Positions 19,065-27,787 of a stretch of 61,391 nucleotides of DNA are shown here, piece by piece (the first letter of the stretch is position 1; every line of letters starts with the position of its first letter). The DNA is from Bacteroidales bacterium (GTDB lineage: Bacteria; Bacteroidota; Bacteroidia; Bacteroidales; F082), in contig JAFYNO010000081.1 in assembly GCA_017549705.1 (NCBI GenBank), positions 1 to 61,391 on the forward strand, written 5' to 3'. Made by a program: the position numbers and the translations under genes. Below the pieces are notes generated by a model, which worked only from the letters and a program-made list of their open reading frames with translations, did not search any database and was not told the origin of the DNA.

Positions 19065-20060
19065 ATGAAAAGATTTTTTGTGGCTTTGGCTGGCCTTCTC
19101 ATGTTGGCTGGCTGTGGTGAATCAAGTGACAAGAATGATAAGCAATCTAAAGAGAACCAACAGATTGTGACTTCGGCTCAGAATGAGGTTACAGATACTC
19201 TAGATGTAAATGGTTATATTAACCGTGCTAGATGGTATTTGGCCAATGAGAAGATAGGAAATGCTATACGTGATATAAACAGCGCATTATCTATTGATGG
19301 AAAGAATGTCGATGCTTTGTTGGTCTTAGCTGACATTTATTATGCTTTGGGTGATCAAGATAATATCATGATGACGCTAAACAAAGCGACGGAGATATCT
19401 CCATTAGATTCGCGACCAATAATCAAATTAGCAGAGCTTAGTTTCTTACAAGGTAATACAAATTTAGCTAATGCTTATCTTGATAAAGCACTGGAACTCA
19501 AAAGTCTGAATCCTCAAGCTTATTATATGCGTGGTGTGATATGTCTATATAAAAACGACACAGTACAGGCGCTTAAACAGTTCATGAAAGCGAGGAACCA
19601 GGATGATTCATTTATTGACCCAGTGCTTCAGATAGCAAGTATTTATTCAGCCCAACGTAATCCGATGGCATATGATTTTTATGCCCTTGCTCTTCAAATG
19701 GAGCCAGATAACTTAGGACTGTATTATGACTTGGCTATGTATATGCAAGATAATGGTAAACCAGAGAAAGCACTAGAGATTTATGATACTTTGGATGTTA
19801 GAATGCCAGGTAACTATAATGTGTTGTTCAATAAAGGTTACGTAAATTTGGTTTATTTATCTAACTATGACAAAGCGATTGAGTGGTTTGATAAAGCTTT
19901 GGAAATCAATCCAAAATCTGTAGATGCTTTGCTTAACAAAGGTGTCGCATACGAACAAAAAGGTAATTTCAAACAAGCGACAAGCATCTATCTCCGGATA
20001 TTAAGGGATAATCCTAATTATCAACTGGCGATAGATGCTTTAAATAGAATGGGAGATTAG
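19065..20060 (+). CDS. TPR-repeat lipoprotein
   Basis: Lipobox MLAGC followed by TPR pattern repeats. Confidence 0.8.
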   Translation: MKRFFVALAGLLMLAGCGESSDKNDKQSKENQQIVTSAQNEVTDTLDVNGYINRARWYLANEKIGNAIRDINSALSIDGKNVDALLVLADIYYALGDQDNIMMTLNKATEISPLDSRPIIKLAELSFLQGNTNLANAYLDKALELKSLNPQAYYMRGVICLYKNDTVQALKQFMKARNQDDSFIDPVLQIASIYSAQRNPMAYDFYALALQMEPDNLGLYYDLAMYMQDNGKPEKALEIYDTLDVRMPGNYNVLFNKGYVNLVYLSNYDKAIEWFDKALEINPKSVDALLNKGVAYEQKGNFKQATSIYLRILRDNPNYQLAIDALNRMGD

Positions 20061-20064
20061 TCCA

Positions 20065-21822
20065 TTATTCTTCTTTCTTTTCCTCTTTAGGCTCGGTGAA
20101 TAATTTGGCGAGTTGATTGAGGTTGTCGTCAAGTTCTTGCTCAACTCCAGTTAGTTCATTGATACTTTCAAGAGGTTCGTTCATTCCGAAGTAGAACTTG
20201 ATCTTAGGCTCTGTGCCAGAAGGTCTAACACTGACTTTGATGCCATCTTCGGTAAAGAACTGTAAAACATCTGATTTAGGCAGGTTAATAACAGTCTCTA
20301 TGCCAAAAATGATATCTTTGCTGATGCCGAGTTTATAGTCTCTGATTTCGATAACTCTTGAGCCGAGAAGATTTTTAGGCGGATTCATTCTGAATTCAAG
20401 CATCATTTTTTTGATTTCCTCTATGCCGCTGATGCCTTTCTTGGTTAGAGAGACAAGTTTTTCTCTATAAACACCAAACTCTTTGTATATTTCTTTGAGG
20501 AGTTGGTATAATGTTTTGCCTTGTTCTGCTGCCCAAGCTGTAGCTTCCGCTAGCATGAAACATGTGATGATGGCATCTTTGTCGCGTACGAAATCACCGA
20601 CAAGGAATCCGTAACTTTCCTCACCGCCGCAGATGAATTGCTCTTCGGGTTTATTCAAAATCTTATCAGCGATATACTTGAATCCGGTTAGGACATCATA
20701 CGTTTTTACATTGAATTTTGCAGCTATTTTTAGTAGTAAGTCGCTGGTTACTATCGTCTTAACGATAAATTCCTTGCCTGTAAGTTTGCCAAGTTCATCC
20801 CAACGTGTCAAGATATAATAAGTTAGGATACTTGCTGTCTGGTTACCGTTCAGAAGAATGAAATCGCCATTATCATCTCTTACTGCTAATCCAACGCGGT
20901 CAGCATCAGGGTCGGTGGCAAGAACGATGTCGGCTTTCATGGCTTTTGCCTTTTCGATAGCCATATTCATTGCTGCTTTCTCTTCAGGATTTGGAGAAAC
21001 AACAGTAGGGAAGTTGCCGTCTGTAATCATTTGTTCTTCAACAGGATAGAAATTTTTAAATCCCGCTTTTGCAAACAATTTTGGCATTACTTGACCGCCT
21101 GTTCCATGAATAGGAGTATAAACAAAAGACAAGTTTTTATGTTTCTTGATAAGTTTTGGTGACAAAGAAAGCCCCATCACTCTATTTAGATAAATCTCGT
21201 CGAAGTTGTCGTCGAGCATTTCAATTAGTTTGGCGTTTCTTTTGCGTTTTACCATTGAAATGTCGGTTATTTTTTGCACTTCTGCAATTATGTTTTTGTC
21301 GTGAGGAGCCACAATCTGACCGCCATCTTCCCAATAGACTTTATAGCCATTGTATTCTTTGGGGTTATGTGATGCTGTCACCACGATACCTGATTGGCAT
21401 TTCAATTCTCTAATTGCGAAAGAAAGCTCTGGAGTTGGACGTAATGCACTGAATAAGAATACTTTAATGCCATTGGCTGTCATGACATCAGCAGTAATCT
21501 GAGCAAACTCTTTGCTGTTGTTACGGCAGTCGTATGCGATGGCGATTTGTGGATTTTTCATGTCGACGAACATCTTTTTGATGTAATTAGCAAGACCTTG
21601 TGTGGCCATTGCAACAGTGTAGATGTTCATTCTGTTAGTTCCGACTCCCATAATTCCGCGAAGTCCGCCGGTACCGAATTCAAGAATGCGGTAAAAACTC
21701 TCTGTCAGTTCATTAGGATCGTTATCGATGAGATACAGAACCCTATTTCTAGTTTCTTCATCGTATTGGTCTGATAACCAAGACTTTGCCTTTGCAAGTA
21801 TTTCCGGTGAAACGTTTTCCAT
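20065..21822 (-). CDS. phosphoglucomutase / phosphomannomutase family phospho-sugar mutase
   Basis: Active-site TASHNPKEYNGYK, metal loop DPDADR, sugar loop GGEESYG. Confidence 0.9.
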   Translation of the reverse strand: MENVSPEILAKAKSWLSDQYDEETRNRVLYLIDNDPNELTESFYRILEFGTGGLRGIMGVGTNRMNIYTVAMATQGLANYIKKMFVDMKNPQIAIAYDCRNNSKEFAQITADVMTANGIKVFLFSALRPTPELSFAIRELKCQSGIVVTASHNPKEYNGYKVYWEDGGQIVAPHDKNIIAEVQKITDISMVKRKRNAKLIEMLDDNFDEIYLNRVMGLSLSPKLIKKHKNLSFVYTPIHGTGGQVMPKLFAKAGFKNFYPVEEQMITDGNFPTVVSPNPEEKAAMNMAIEKAKAMKADIVLATDPDADRVGLAVRDDNGDFILLNGNQTASILTYYILTRWDELGKLTGKEFIVKTIVTSDLLLKIAAKFNVKTYDVLTGFKYIADKILNKPEEQFICGGEESYGFLVGDFVRDKDAIITCFMLAEATAWAAEQGKTLYQLLKEIYKEFGVYREKLVSLTKKGISGIEEIKKMMLEFRMNPPKNLLGSRVIEIRDYKLGISKDIIFGIETVINLPKSDVLQFFTEDGIKVSVRPSGTEPKIKFYFGMNEPLESINELTGVEQELDDNLNQLAKLFTEPKEEKKEE

Positions 21823-21857
21823 AATGCGAATTTTAAGTTAATTATCGTTTGTTTGAA

Positions 21858-22853
21858 TTATTTCCTATTATCAACTGCAAATTTATATAAAAAATTGATA
21901 CCAATTGATTCTTTAAATTGAAGAATTGGTTTTTGTTGATTATTTATTGTAAATCTGACGTTGTCGTCATAGATCAGATGAACATTGATAATCGTTGATA
22001 TACTTTTACTTATGGTGAATCTGATACCAGTTTCCCAATCAATATCTATATTCCATCTATTAGCACGATTAACGTCCATATAGTTGTTATACAAGTTAAG
22101 ATTTGAAAAAATACTTATATTGTTTTTGAAATCCTGTTTGTATTTTATTAAAATATTGAAACCGAGCTCTCCGAGGAAACGTTTTCCTGGGATCCAAGTG
22201 CTGTCGCCTTCAACGATAATCCAATATCCGGCTTCCACACCGAAAGAGCCTTTATCGGCAAGATCTTGATCGTTGACAAAAGTGAATTTTCCTGCCGAAG
22301 GACTGAAGAATATACTGACGATATTATGGATATTATATGTATAACCTATTGATACTGTTAGATATGCTGGTGCAAAGAATCTTGAGATAGGAATCGAGTC
22401 GTTAGGGTAGGAATAACCATTTGTGAATTGTGTCTTCAACATTGTGATTGCAGTGAAAGTCAAATTTCTGTTGTTGTTATGAGTCATTGTCATTGCAACC
22501 TCCATACGATCCTCAGTTTTTTCAAAACGTTTATTTTGTGCATAAAAACCTTGTGCTCCGTATGCAAATAGTCCTGTTGTTACGTAGTTGAACATACGAC
22601 GGTTGTAAGTGTATTTGAAGTTCAACATAGCTTTGCCGCTTGCATTGCTCTCACCACCGGCTGCCCAATGAGTTATTGCCAACTGGTTGATCGTGAAACT
22701 GATGCCTCCCTCAAATCTATGCCATATATCCTTAGGCTTATTGACAATAGTATCCTGCGACAAGCAACTATTCGTATTAAACAATAAAAATACAAATAGA
22801 ATGCCTGCTGCTAATACGTTGATATACTTCAAATTAGCTTTGAATAAAGGCAT
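21858..22853 (-). CDS. outer-membrane beta-barrel protein (DUF3078-like)
   Basis: Signal peptide, alternating-hydrophobic beta-strand pattern and an aromatic C-terminus. The family name is from memory only. Confidence 0.55.
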   Translation of the reverse strand: MPLFKANLKYINVLAAGILFVFLLFNTNSCLSQDTIVNKPKDIWHRFEGGISFTINQLAITHWAAGGESNASGKAMLNFKYTYNRRMFNYVTTGLFAYGAQGFYAQNKRFEKTEDRMEVAMTMTHNNNRNLTFTAITMLKTQFTNGYSYPNDSIPISRFFAPAYLTVSIGYTYNIHNIVSIFFSPSAGKFTFVNDQDLADKGSFGVEAGYWIIVEGDSTWIPGKRFLGELGFNILIKYKQDFKNNISIFSNLNLYNNYMDVNRANRWNIDIDWETGIRFTISKSISTIINVHLIYDDNVRFTINNQQKPILQFKESIGINFLYKFAVDNRK

Positions 22854-22889
22854 TTTAATAAAAAATCACTTACACTCGTATTTAGTGTG

Positions 22890-22897
22890 CAAAATTA
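22890..22897 (-). promoter_or_regulatory. -7 box (TAatTTTG) for the beta-barrel gene
   Basis: Plus strand CAAAATTA, 37 nt upstream of ATG 22853. Confidence 0.4.
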
Positions 22898-22936
22898 TAA
22901 AATTAATAACGAAAAGTAAAAAAAATATTGTGGAAA

Positions 22937-25726
22937 TTATTCTGAAAGTTTTTTAGCTAAAACCTCGGCAGTATAACTCTCTTTACACTTTGTCAAATCT
23001 TCTGGAGTACCAGTAAATACTAGATAACCCCCATTATCACCACCTTCAGGTCCAAGATCGATAACCCAATCAGCAGTTTTTATAACATCTGGATCGTGTT
23101 CGATGACTATTAGCGAATGACCATTGTTTATCAATGCGTCGAAAGCTCTTAACAACTTGTTGACATCGTGAAAATGCAATCCTGTTGTGGGCTCATCAAA
23201 AATAAACAAAGTCGGTCTTTCATTTGTGCCATTCACCAAGAATGAAGCTAGTTTTATACGTTGAGCTTCGCCTCCAGATAGGGTAGAGGATGGCTGTCCC
23301 ATCTTTAGATAGCCCAATCCAACATCTTGTAAAGGCTTGAGCTTTAATAATATACGATCTGTAATGTTTTTGTATTCGCTAGGCTGACTGAAAAACTCCA
23401 TAGCCTCGTCAATGCTCATTTCGAGTATGTCAAATATATTTTTGTCTAGGAATTTAACCTCAAGAGCCTCTTCTTTATAGCGTTTCCCGTGGCAGACATC
23501 ACATTCGAGATAAACATCGGCCATAAACTGCATTTCAACTTTAAGGATTCCTTCGCCTTCGCAGTTGTCGCAACGGCCGCCAGGTACATTAAATGAGAAA
23601 TACCCGGCTTTATTGCCGCGCATTTTTGCTAGCTTTTGTTCAGCAAATAGATTTCTTATATCATCAAAAGCTTTAACGTAAGTCACTGGGTTAGAACGAG
23701 TTGATTTGCCAATTGGGTTTTGGTCAATCAATTCGACATTTTGAATGGCTTGTATGCTGCCTCGAATTGTACCGAATGAACCGGTTTTATCGGCAGTGCC
23801 TCCAAAATGCTTTTTCAGTGATGTATATATGATGTTGTTAACCAAGGATGACTTACCGGATCCACTGACTCCGGTAACGACTGTTAGTACATTCAACGGA
23901 ATTCTAACATTGATATTTTTAAGGTTATGCTCAAGACAGCCCACAAATTCAATAGAGTTGTTCCATTTGCGACGATATTTGGGCACCGGAATCTCCAGCT
24001 TACCCGTTATATATTGAGCCGTCAATGATTTGCCTGATTTTTCCATTGTGTTAATGTCGCCTTGGAAGACAAGCTCGCCGCCGAATCGACCGGCGTACGG
24101 CCCTATGTCGATTATCTGGTCGGCGGCTCGAATGATTTCCTCATCATGCTCGACAACTATCACGGTGTTTCCGATGTCACGCAGTCGTTTCAAAACTTTA
24201 ATAAGTTGCTGTGTATCACGGGAATGTAGACCAATACTCGGCTCGTCAAGTATGTAAGTGGAACCGACCAAACTGCTTCCTAATGAAGTGGCTAGGTTAA
24301 TTCTTTGAGCCTCACCGCCCGAAAGAGTGTTTGATGCACGATTCAAAGTTAGATACCCAAGTCCGACTTCCATTAAAAACCCTATGCGGTTACGGATTTC
24401 GATGAGTAATCTTTCTGCTATAGCACTTTCTGAATCAGAAAGCTTGATGTCGTTAAAAAACTCTTGTAGTTTAATAATAGGCAATGTCGCTAAATCAGTA
24501 ATACTTTTCCCGTTGATTTTTACGTAGTTGGCTTCATGACGGAGACGTTTTCCGTGACAATCAGGACACGTGGTCTTGCCACGATAACGAGCAAGCATTA
24601 CTCGATATTGAATCTTATATGATTGATTCTCAACATCTTTAAAGAAGTCGTCAATACCCATGAAGTATTTGTTTCCCTTCCATAGCGTCTCTTTTTGTTC
24701 TTCGTTAAGTTCAAAATACGGCTTGTGAATAGGGAAACCAAAATAATGAGCGGTTCTGACAAGCTCGTCACGATAATAGCTCATTTTCTCGCCTCGCCAG
24801 CAAGCAATGGCGTCATCGTAAATTGAGAGCGACTTGTCGGGGACCACTAAATCCTCGTCGATACCGATGATTGTACCGAAACCTTCACAGGTTTTGCAGG
24901 CACCATAAGGATTGTTAAATGCAAACAGATGTGTTGTTGGCGGCTCAAAAGTAATTCCGTCTGCTTCGAAACGTGATGAGAATATAAACTCTTCATTATC
25001 AACAAGAATAATGCATGTCTCTTTACCCTCGTAGAATGCAGTTTGTACAGAATCCGACAATTGTCCAATTAAATCCGAAGAACTCTCAGTGACTTTTAGA
25101 CGATCAATAATGATGCGTAGATCGTTAGACTTATTGTTGTCGGGGTCTTTAAGAAAGTCTTCAATTCGGATGGTTTTATTATTGACAATCAATCTGTTAA
25201 AACCTTGTTGAAGCAGTATGTTTAGGTGTTCTTGAAGAGTTCTGTCTTCTGGGATTATTATTGGAGATAGGATGTAAACCGCTTTACCTTTTTGCTCGAG
25301 AATGAAATCGACCACATCACTCACCTGGTTACGTTTTACTTCTTTTCCTGATATTGGCGAATAAGTCTTGCCAATTCTAGCAAACAAAAGTTTGAGATAT
25401 TCGTATATTTCTGTGGTGGTTCCGACAGTCGAGCGTGGGTTGCTAGTCATTGTGCGTTGCTGGATGGCGATGGCGGGCGAGAGACCGGTGATTAAATCAA
25501 CATCCGGTTTGCTCAAGCGACCCATAAACTGACGAGCGTATGAACTCAAACTCTCGACATAACGACGCTGACCTTCTGCATAGATAGTATCAAAAGCTAA
25601 AGATGACTTTCCAGAGCCAGACAAACCGGTAATTACAATTAGTTTGTTCTTTGGAATACTTAAGTCAATGTTTTTCAAGTTATTAACTCTCGCGCCGTGG
25701 ATTTCTATGTTCTCTAATTTGTCCAT
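22937..25726 (-). CDS. uvrA: excinuclease ABC subunit UvrA
   Basis: Two ABC modules (GLSGSGKSSLAF, GVSGSGKSSL), zinc-finger cysteines and full-length UvrA similarity. Confidence 0.98.
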   Translation of the reverse strand: MDKLENIEIHGARVNNLKNIDLSIPKNKLIVITGLSGSGKSSLAFDTIYAEGQRRYVESLSSYARQFMGRLSKPDVDLITGLSPAIAIQQRTMTSNPRSTVGTTTEIYEYLKLLFARIGKTYSPISGKEVKRNQVSDVVDFILEQKGKAVYILSPIIIPEDRTLQEHLNILLQQGFNRLIVNNKTIRIEDFLKDPDNNKSNDLRIIIDRLKVTESSSDLIGQLSDSVQTAFYEGKETCIILVDNEEFIFSSRFEADGITFEPPTTHLFAFNNPYGACKTCEGFGTIIGIDEDLVVPDKSLSIYDDAIACWRGEKMSYYRDELVRTAHYFGFPIHKPYFELNEEQKETLWKGNKYFMGIDDFFKDVENQSYKIQYRVMLARYRGKTTCPDCHGKRLRHEANYVKINGKSITDLATLPIIKLQEFFNDIKLSDSESAIAERLLIEIRNRIGFLMEVGLGYLTLNRASNTLSGGEAQRINLATSLGSSLVGSTYILDEPSIGLHSRDTQQLIKVLKRLRDIGNTVIVVEHDEEIIRAADQIIDIGPYAGRFGGELVFQGDINTMEKSGKSLTAQYITGKLEIPVPKYRRKWNNSIEFVGCLEHNLKNINVRIPLNVLTVVTGVSGSGKSSLVNNIIYTSLKKHFGGTADKTGSFGTIRGSIQAIQNVELIDQNPIGKSTRSNPVTYVKAFDDIRNLFAEQKLAKMRGNKAGYFSFNVPGGRCDNCEGEGILKVEMQFMADVYLECDVCHGKRYKEEALEVKFLDKNIFDILEMSIDEAMEFFSQPSEYKNITDRILLKLKPLQDVGLGYLKMGQPSSTLSGGEAQRIKLASFLVNGTNERPTLFIFDEPTTGLHFHDVNKLLRAFDALINNGHSLIVIEHDPDVIKTADWVIDLGPEGGDNGGYLVFTGTPEDLTKCKESYTAEVLAKKLSE

Positions 25727-25797
25727 CTTTAACTAAGATACCTCAAAAAAATTGCACGAAAATACAAAAAATTTTGACATCGTATTAATAAAAGCAC

Positions 25798-25805
25798 TAT
25801 ATTTG
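25798..25805 (+). promoter_or_regulatory. -7 box (TAtaTTTG) for the sigma-factor gene
   Basis: Exact motif about 105 nt upstream of ATG 25912. Confidence 0.4.
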
Positions 25806-25872
25806 CAGAAAATTTAGACATAATACATTGTTCAACCAATAAAAATAGGAGAGACACTATCGACAATTTTTA

Positions 25873-25905
25873 CCCTTTTTGAAATAGAATAACCTTAAAA
25901 AAGGG
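25873..25905 (+). promoter_or_regulatory. leader hairpin occluding the purine-rich element in front of the sigma-factor ATG
   Basis: CCCTTTTT (25873-25880) pairs with AAAAAGGG (25898-25905), with a 17-nt loop. The G-run ends 4 nt before the ATG. Confidence 0.35.
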
Positions 25906-25911
25906 GGACTT

Positions 25912-26499
25912 ATGTCTGAAATATTAAATGATAAGGAACTGGTGCTACGTTATCAGAATGGTGATGTCGCAAGTTTCGAAGTATTGGTTGATCGTTACCA
26001 GAATAAAGTTTATTCATATGTTGCGATGCTTGTCAAGGACAGGCAACTTGCTGATGATATCTTCCAAGATACCTTTTTGAAGATTATCCGTACTATCAAG
26101 GCCGGGGCTTATAAGGAAGAAGGCAAGTTTATACAGTTCGCGATGCGTATCGCGCACAATCTTATTATTGATCATTTCCGTAAAGCAAAGCGTTTGCCGA
26201 TGGTCGATCCGACAAAGGAAGACTATGATATGCTTGATAATGCGAAGTTTCAAGATCCTTCAATAGAAGATCAGATCATCACGGAACAAATCCACGATGA
26301 TGTACGCAAGATGATTGAATATCTTCCTGAAGAACAACGTGAGGTTCTCAATATGAGAATGTATGCTGATATGTCATTTAAGGAGATCGCAGACGCTACA
26401 AATGTGAGCATAAACACAGCTTTAGGGCGCATGCGCTATGCTTTGATAAATCTTCGTAAGATGGCTAAAGAGAAGCATTTACAGTTGACGTTAAAATAA
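25912..26499 (+). CDS. sigma-70 family (ECF-type) RNA polymerase sigma factor
   Basis: Region 2 (DIFQDTFLKIIRT...IAHNLIIDHFRK) and region 4 (SFKEIADATNVSINTALGRMRYA). Confidence 0.9.
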   Translation: MSEILNDKELVLRYQNGDVASFEVLVDRYQNKVYSYVAMLVKDRQLADDIFQDTFLKIIRTIKAGAYKEEGKFIQFAMRIAHNLIIDHFRKAKRLPMVDPTKEDYDMLDNAKFQDPSIEDQIITEQIHDDVRKMIEYLPEEQREVLNMRMYADMSFKEIADATNVSINTALGRMRYALINLRKMAKEKHLQLTLK

Positions 26500-26593
26500 T
26501 ATTTAATTTTTTTAACATTTTTTTTCACAACTGTAAAATAAAGTATTGTTAATAGGCGTTAAGATTTTGAAATATAAACGAAATCGAGTGCCT

Positions 26594-26731
26594 ATGAGCG
26601 TAAATTCTACTAATCTATTTGAAGAGGAAGTAAGAAAGGTGATACACGAAATGTGCGCCGAAATGAATCCTAGCCGCAAAACAATAGAAACAATTATGAA
26701 ATTTGCGGCAACATGCGAGCTTCCAAGCTGA
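26594..26731 (+). CDS. 45-aa hypothetical protein, translationally coupled to the next gene
   Basis: ATG 26594. Its TGA overlaps the next ATG in TGATG (26729-26733). No recognisable domain. Confidence 0.45.
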   Translation: MSVNSTNLFEEEVRKVIHEMCAEMNPSRKTIETIMKFAATCELPS

Positions 26732-27771
26732 TGAGCAGGGGCTTTATTAAAGAAGGCGACCAGGAAGAGATTCCAATGGTGCCACCAAGGGCTTATCTGC
26801 CTAAAGGCATGCCCAACTACGTGACGCATGAAGGTCTGGAAGCGCTGAAAATAGAGCGTAAAGACCTTGAAGATGAACGTGTTGCGTCAAGCGGAAATTA
26901 TATAATGAGCAATTTCATCGACGCAAAGATGAAGTTGCTCATTGATCGTATTAATGCCGCTGTTGAGGTGGATATGACCAAAGCCAATAAAGAAACCGTG
27001 AGTTTCGGTGCTTATGTTAAATACAACGGACGAACCGTGAGAATTGTAGGTGTTGACGAAGCGGATTTCTCTAAAGGATTGCTGTCGTTTATCTCACCGA
27101 TAGCAAAAGCTCTGGTAGGGAAGAAGGTGGGAGATAAATTTGAGATCAAGGTGCCGAAAGGAACTGAAACCATTGAGGTTCAAGGAATTTGGTATGAGAA
27201 ACAAGATCTGACACCAGCTGTCATTTCGACCGAAGCGAAGCGGAGTGGAGAAATCTTAAACAGTAAAAACGACAAAAAAGGATTTCTCGACAAGCTCGAA
27301 ATGACACTTTCTGTAAGTGACTTTAATAAGAGTGAAGCTCCTTGCATCTGCAATGCTCAGAGTGACAATGACCCTAATGATATTTTCGTTCCCGAAGAAA
27401 ACATCATGGAGTTTCTGCCGGTTGTGAATGAGCGGGGCATAATTGTCGGTCGGGCATTGCACATGGAGTTGCATAAGGGTAATAAAATACTGCATCCAGT
27501 GGTGCATTTGCTTGTTATTAATAACAAAGGTGTTACTGCATACAAATATTGGTGGCATGTGGCGTTTGGCGATACTCCAGAGAAGACGCTGAAACGTAAA
27601 ATGTCGGAAATATTAGGGATATCTGGTGCTAAGACGAAATTAAAGAAGCAATATATCCGTGAAACCAAGACTGAAAAAGAACTGGTTTACGTTTACATTT
27701 TAAATTCTGATGAAAATTTATTGAAAACTCCTGAAGTAAAAGATTATTTTGATATTTTTGCAAAAGATTAA
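26731..27771 (+). CDS. GreA/GreB-C-terminal-like factor fused in frame to a Nudix-fold domain with a degenerate Nudix box
   Basis: MSRGFIKEGDQEEIPMVPPRAYLP...RIVGVDEADFSKGLLSFISPIAKALVGKKVGD is GreA-like. The C-terminal part is EFLPVVNERGIIVGRA...HPVVHLLVINNKG...GDTPEKTLKRKMSEILGI. A palindromic repeat sits in the linker. Confidence 0.65.
   Translation: MSRGFIKEGDQEEIPMVPPRAYLPKGMPNYVTHEGLEALKIERKDLEDERVASSGNYIMSNFIDAKMKLLIDRINAAVEVDMTKANKETVSFGAYVKYNGRTVRIVGVDEADFSKGLLSFISPIAKALVGKKVGDKFEIKVPKGTETIEVQGIWYEKQDLTPAVISTEAKRSGEILNSKNDKKGFLDKLEMTLSVSDFNKSEAPCICNAQSDNDPNDIFVPEENIMEFLPVVNERGIIVGRALHMELHKGNKILHPVVHLLVINNKGVTAYKYWWHVAFGDTPEKTLKRKMSEILGISGAKTKLKKQYIRETKTEKELVYVYILNSDENLLKTPEVKDYFDIFAKD
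27220..27305. repeat. REP-like nested palindromic element (copy A), inside the coding frame
   Basis: Outer arms GTCATTTCGA (27220-29) / TCGAAATGAC (27296-305). Inner arms GAGAAATC (27248-55) / GATTTCTC (27281-88). It shares 14-nt and 13-nt identical blocks with the reverse complement of 59372-59405. Confidence 0.7.
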
Positions 27772-27787
27772 TGTAAAAATATTGAAA

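Noticed and set aside
26512-26829. 105-aa minus-strand ORF between the sigma factor and the GreA-like gene
   Set aside because: It is antisense to the coupled 45-aa ORF and the GreA-like N-terminus, and it has no motif and no promoter box.
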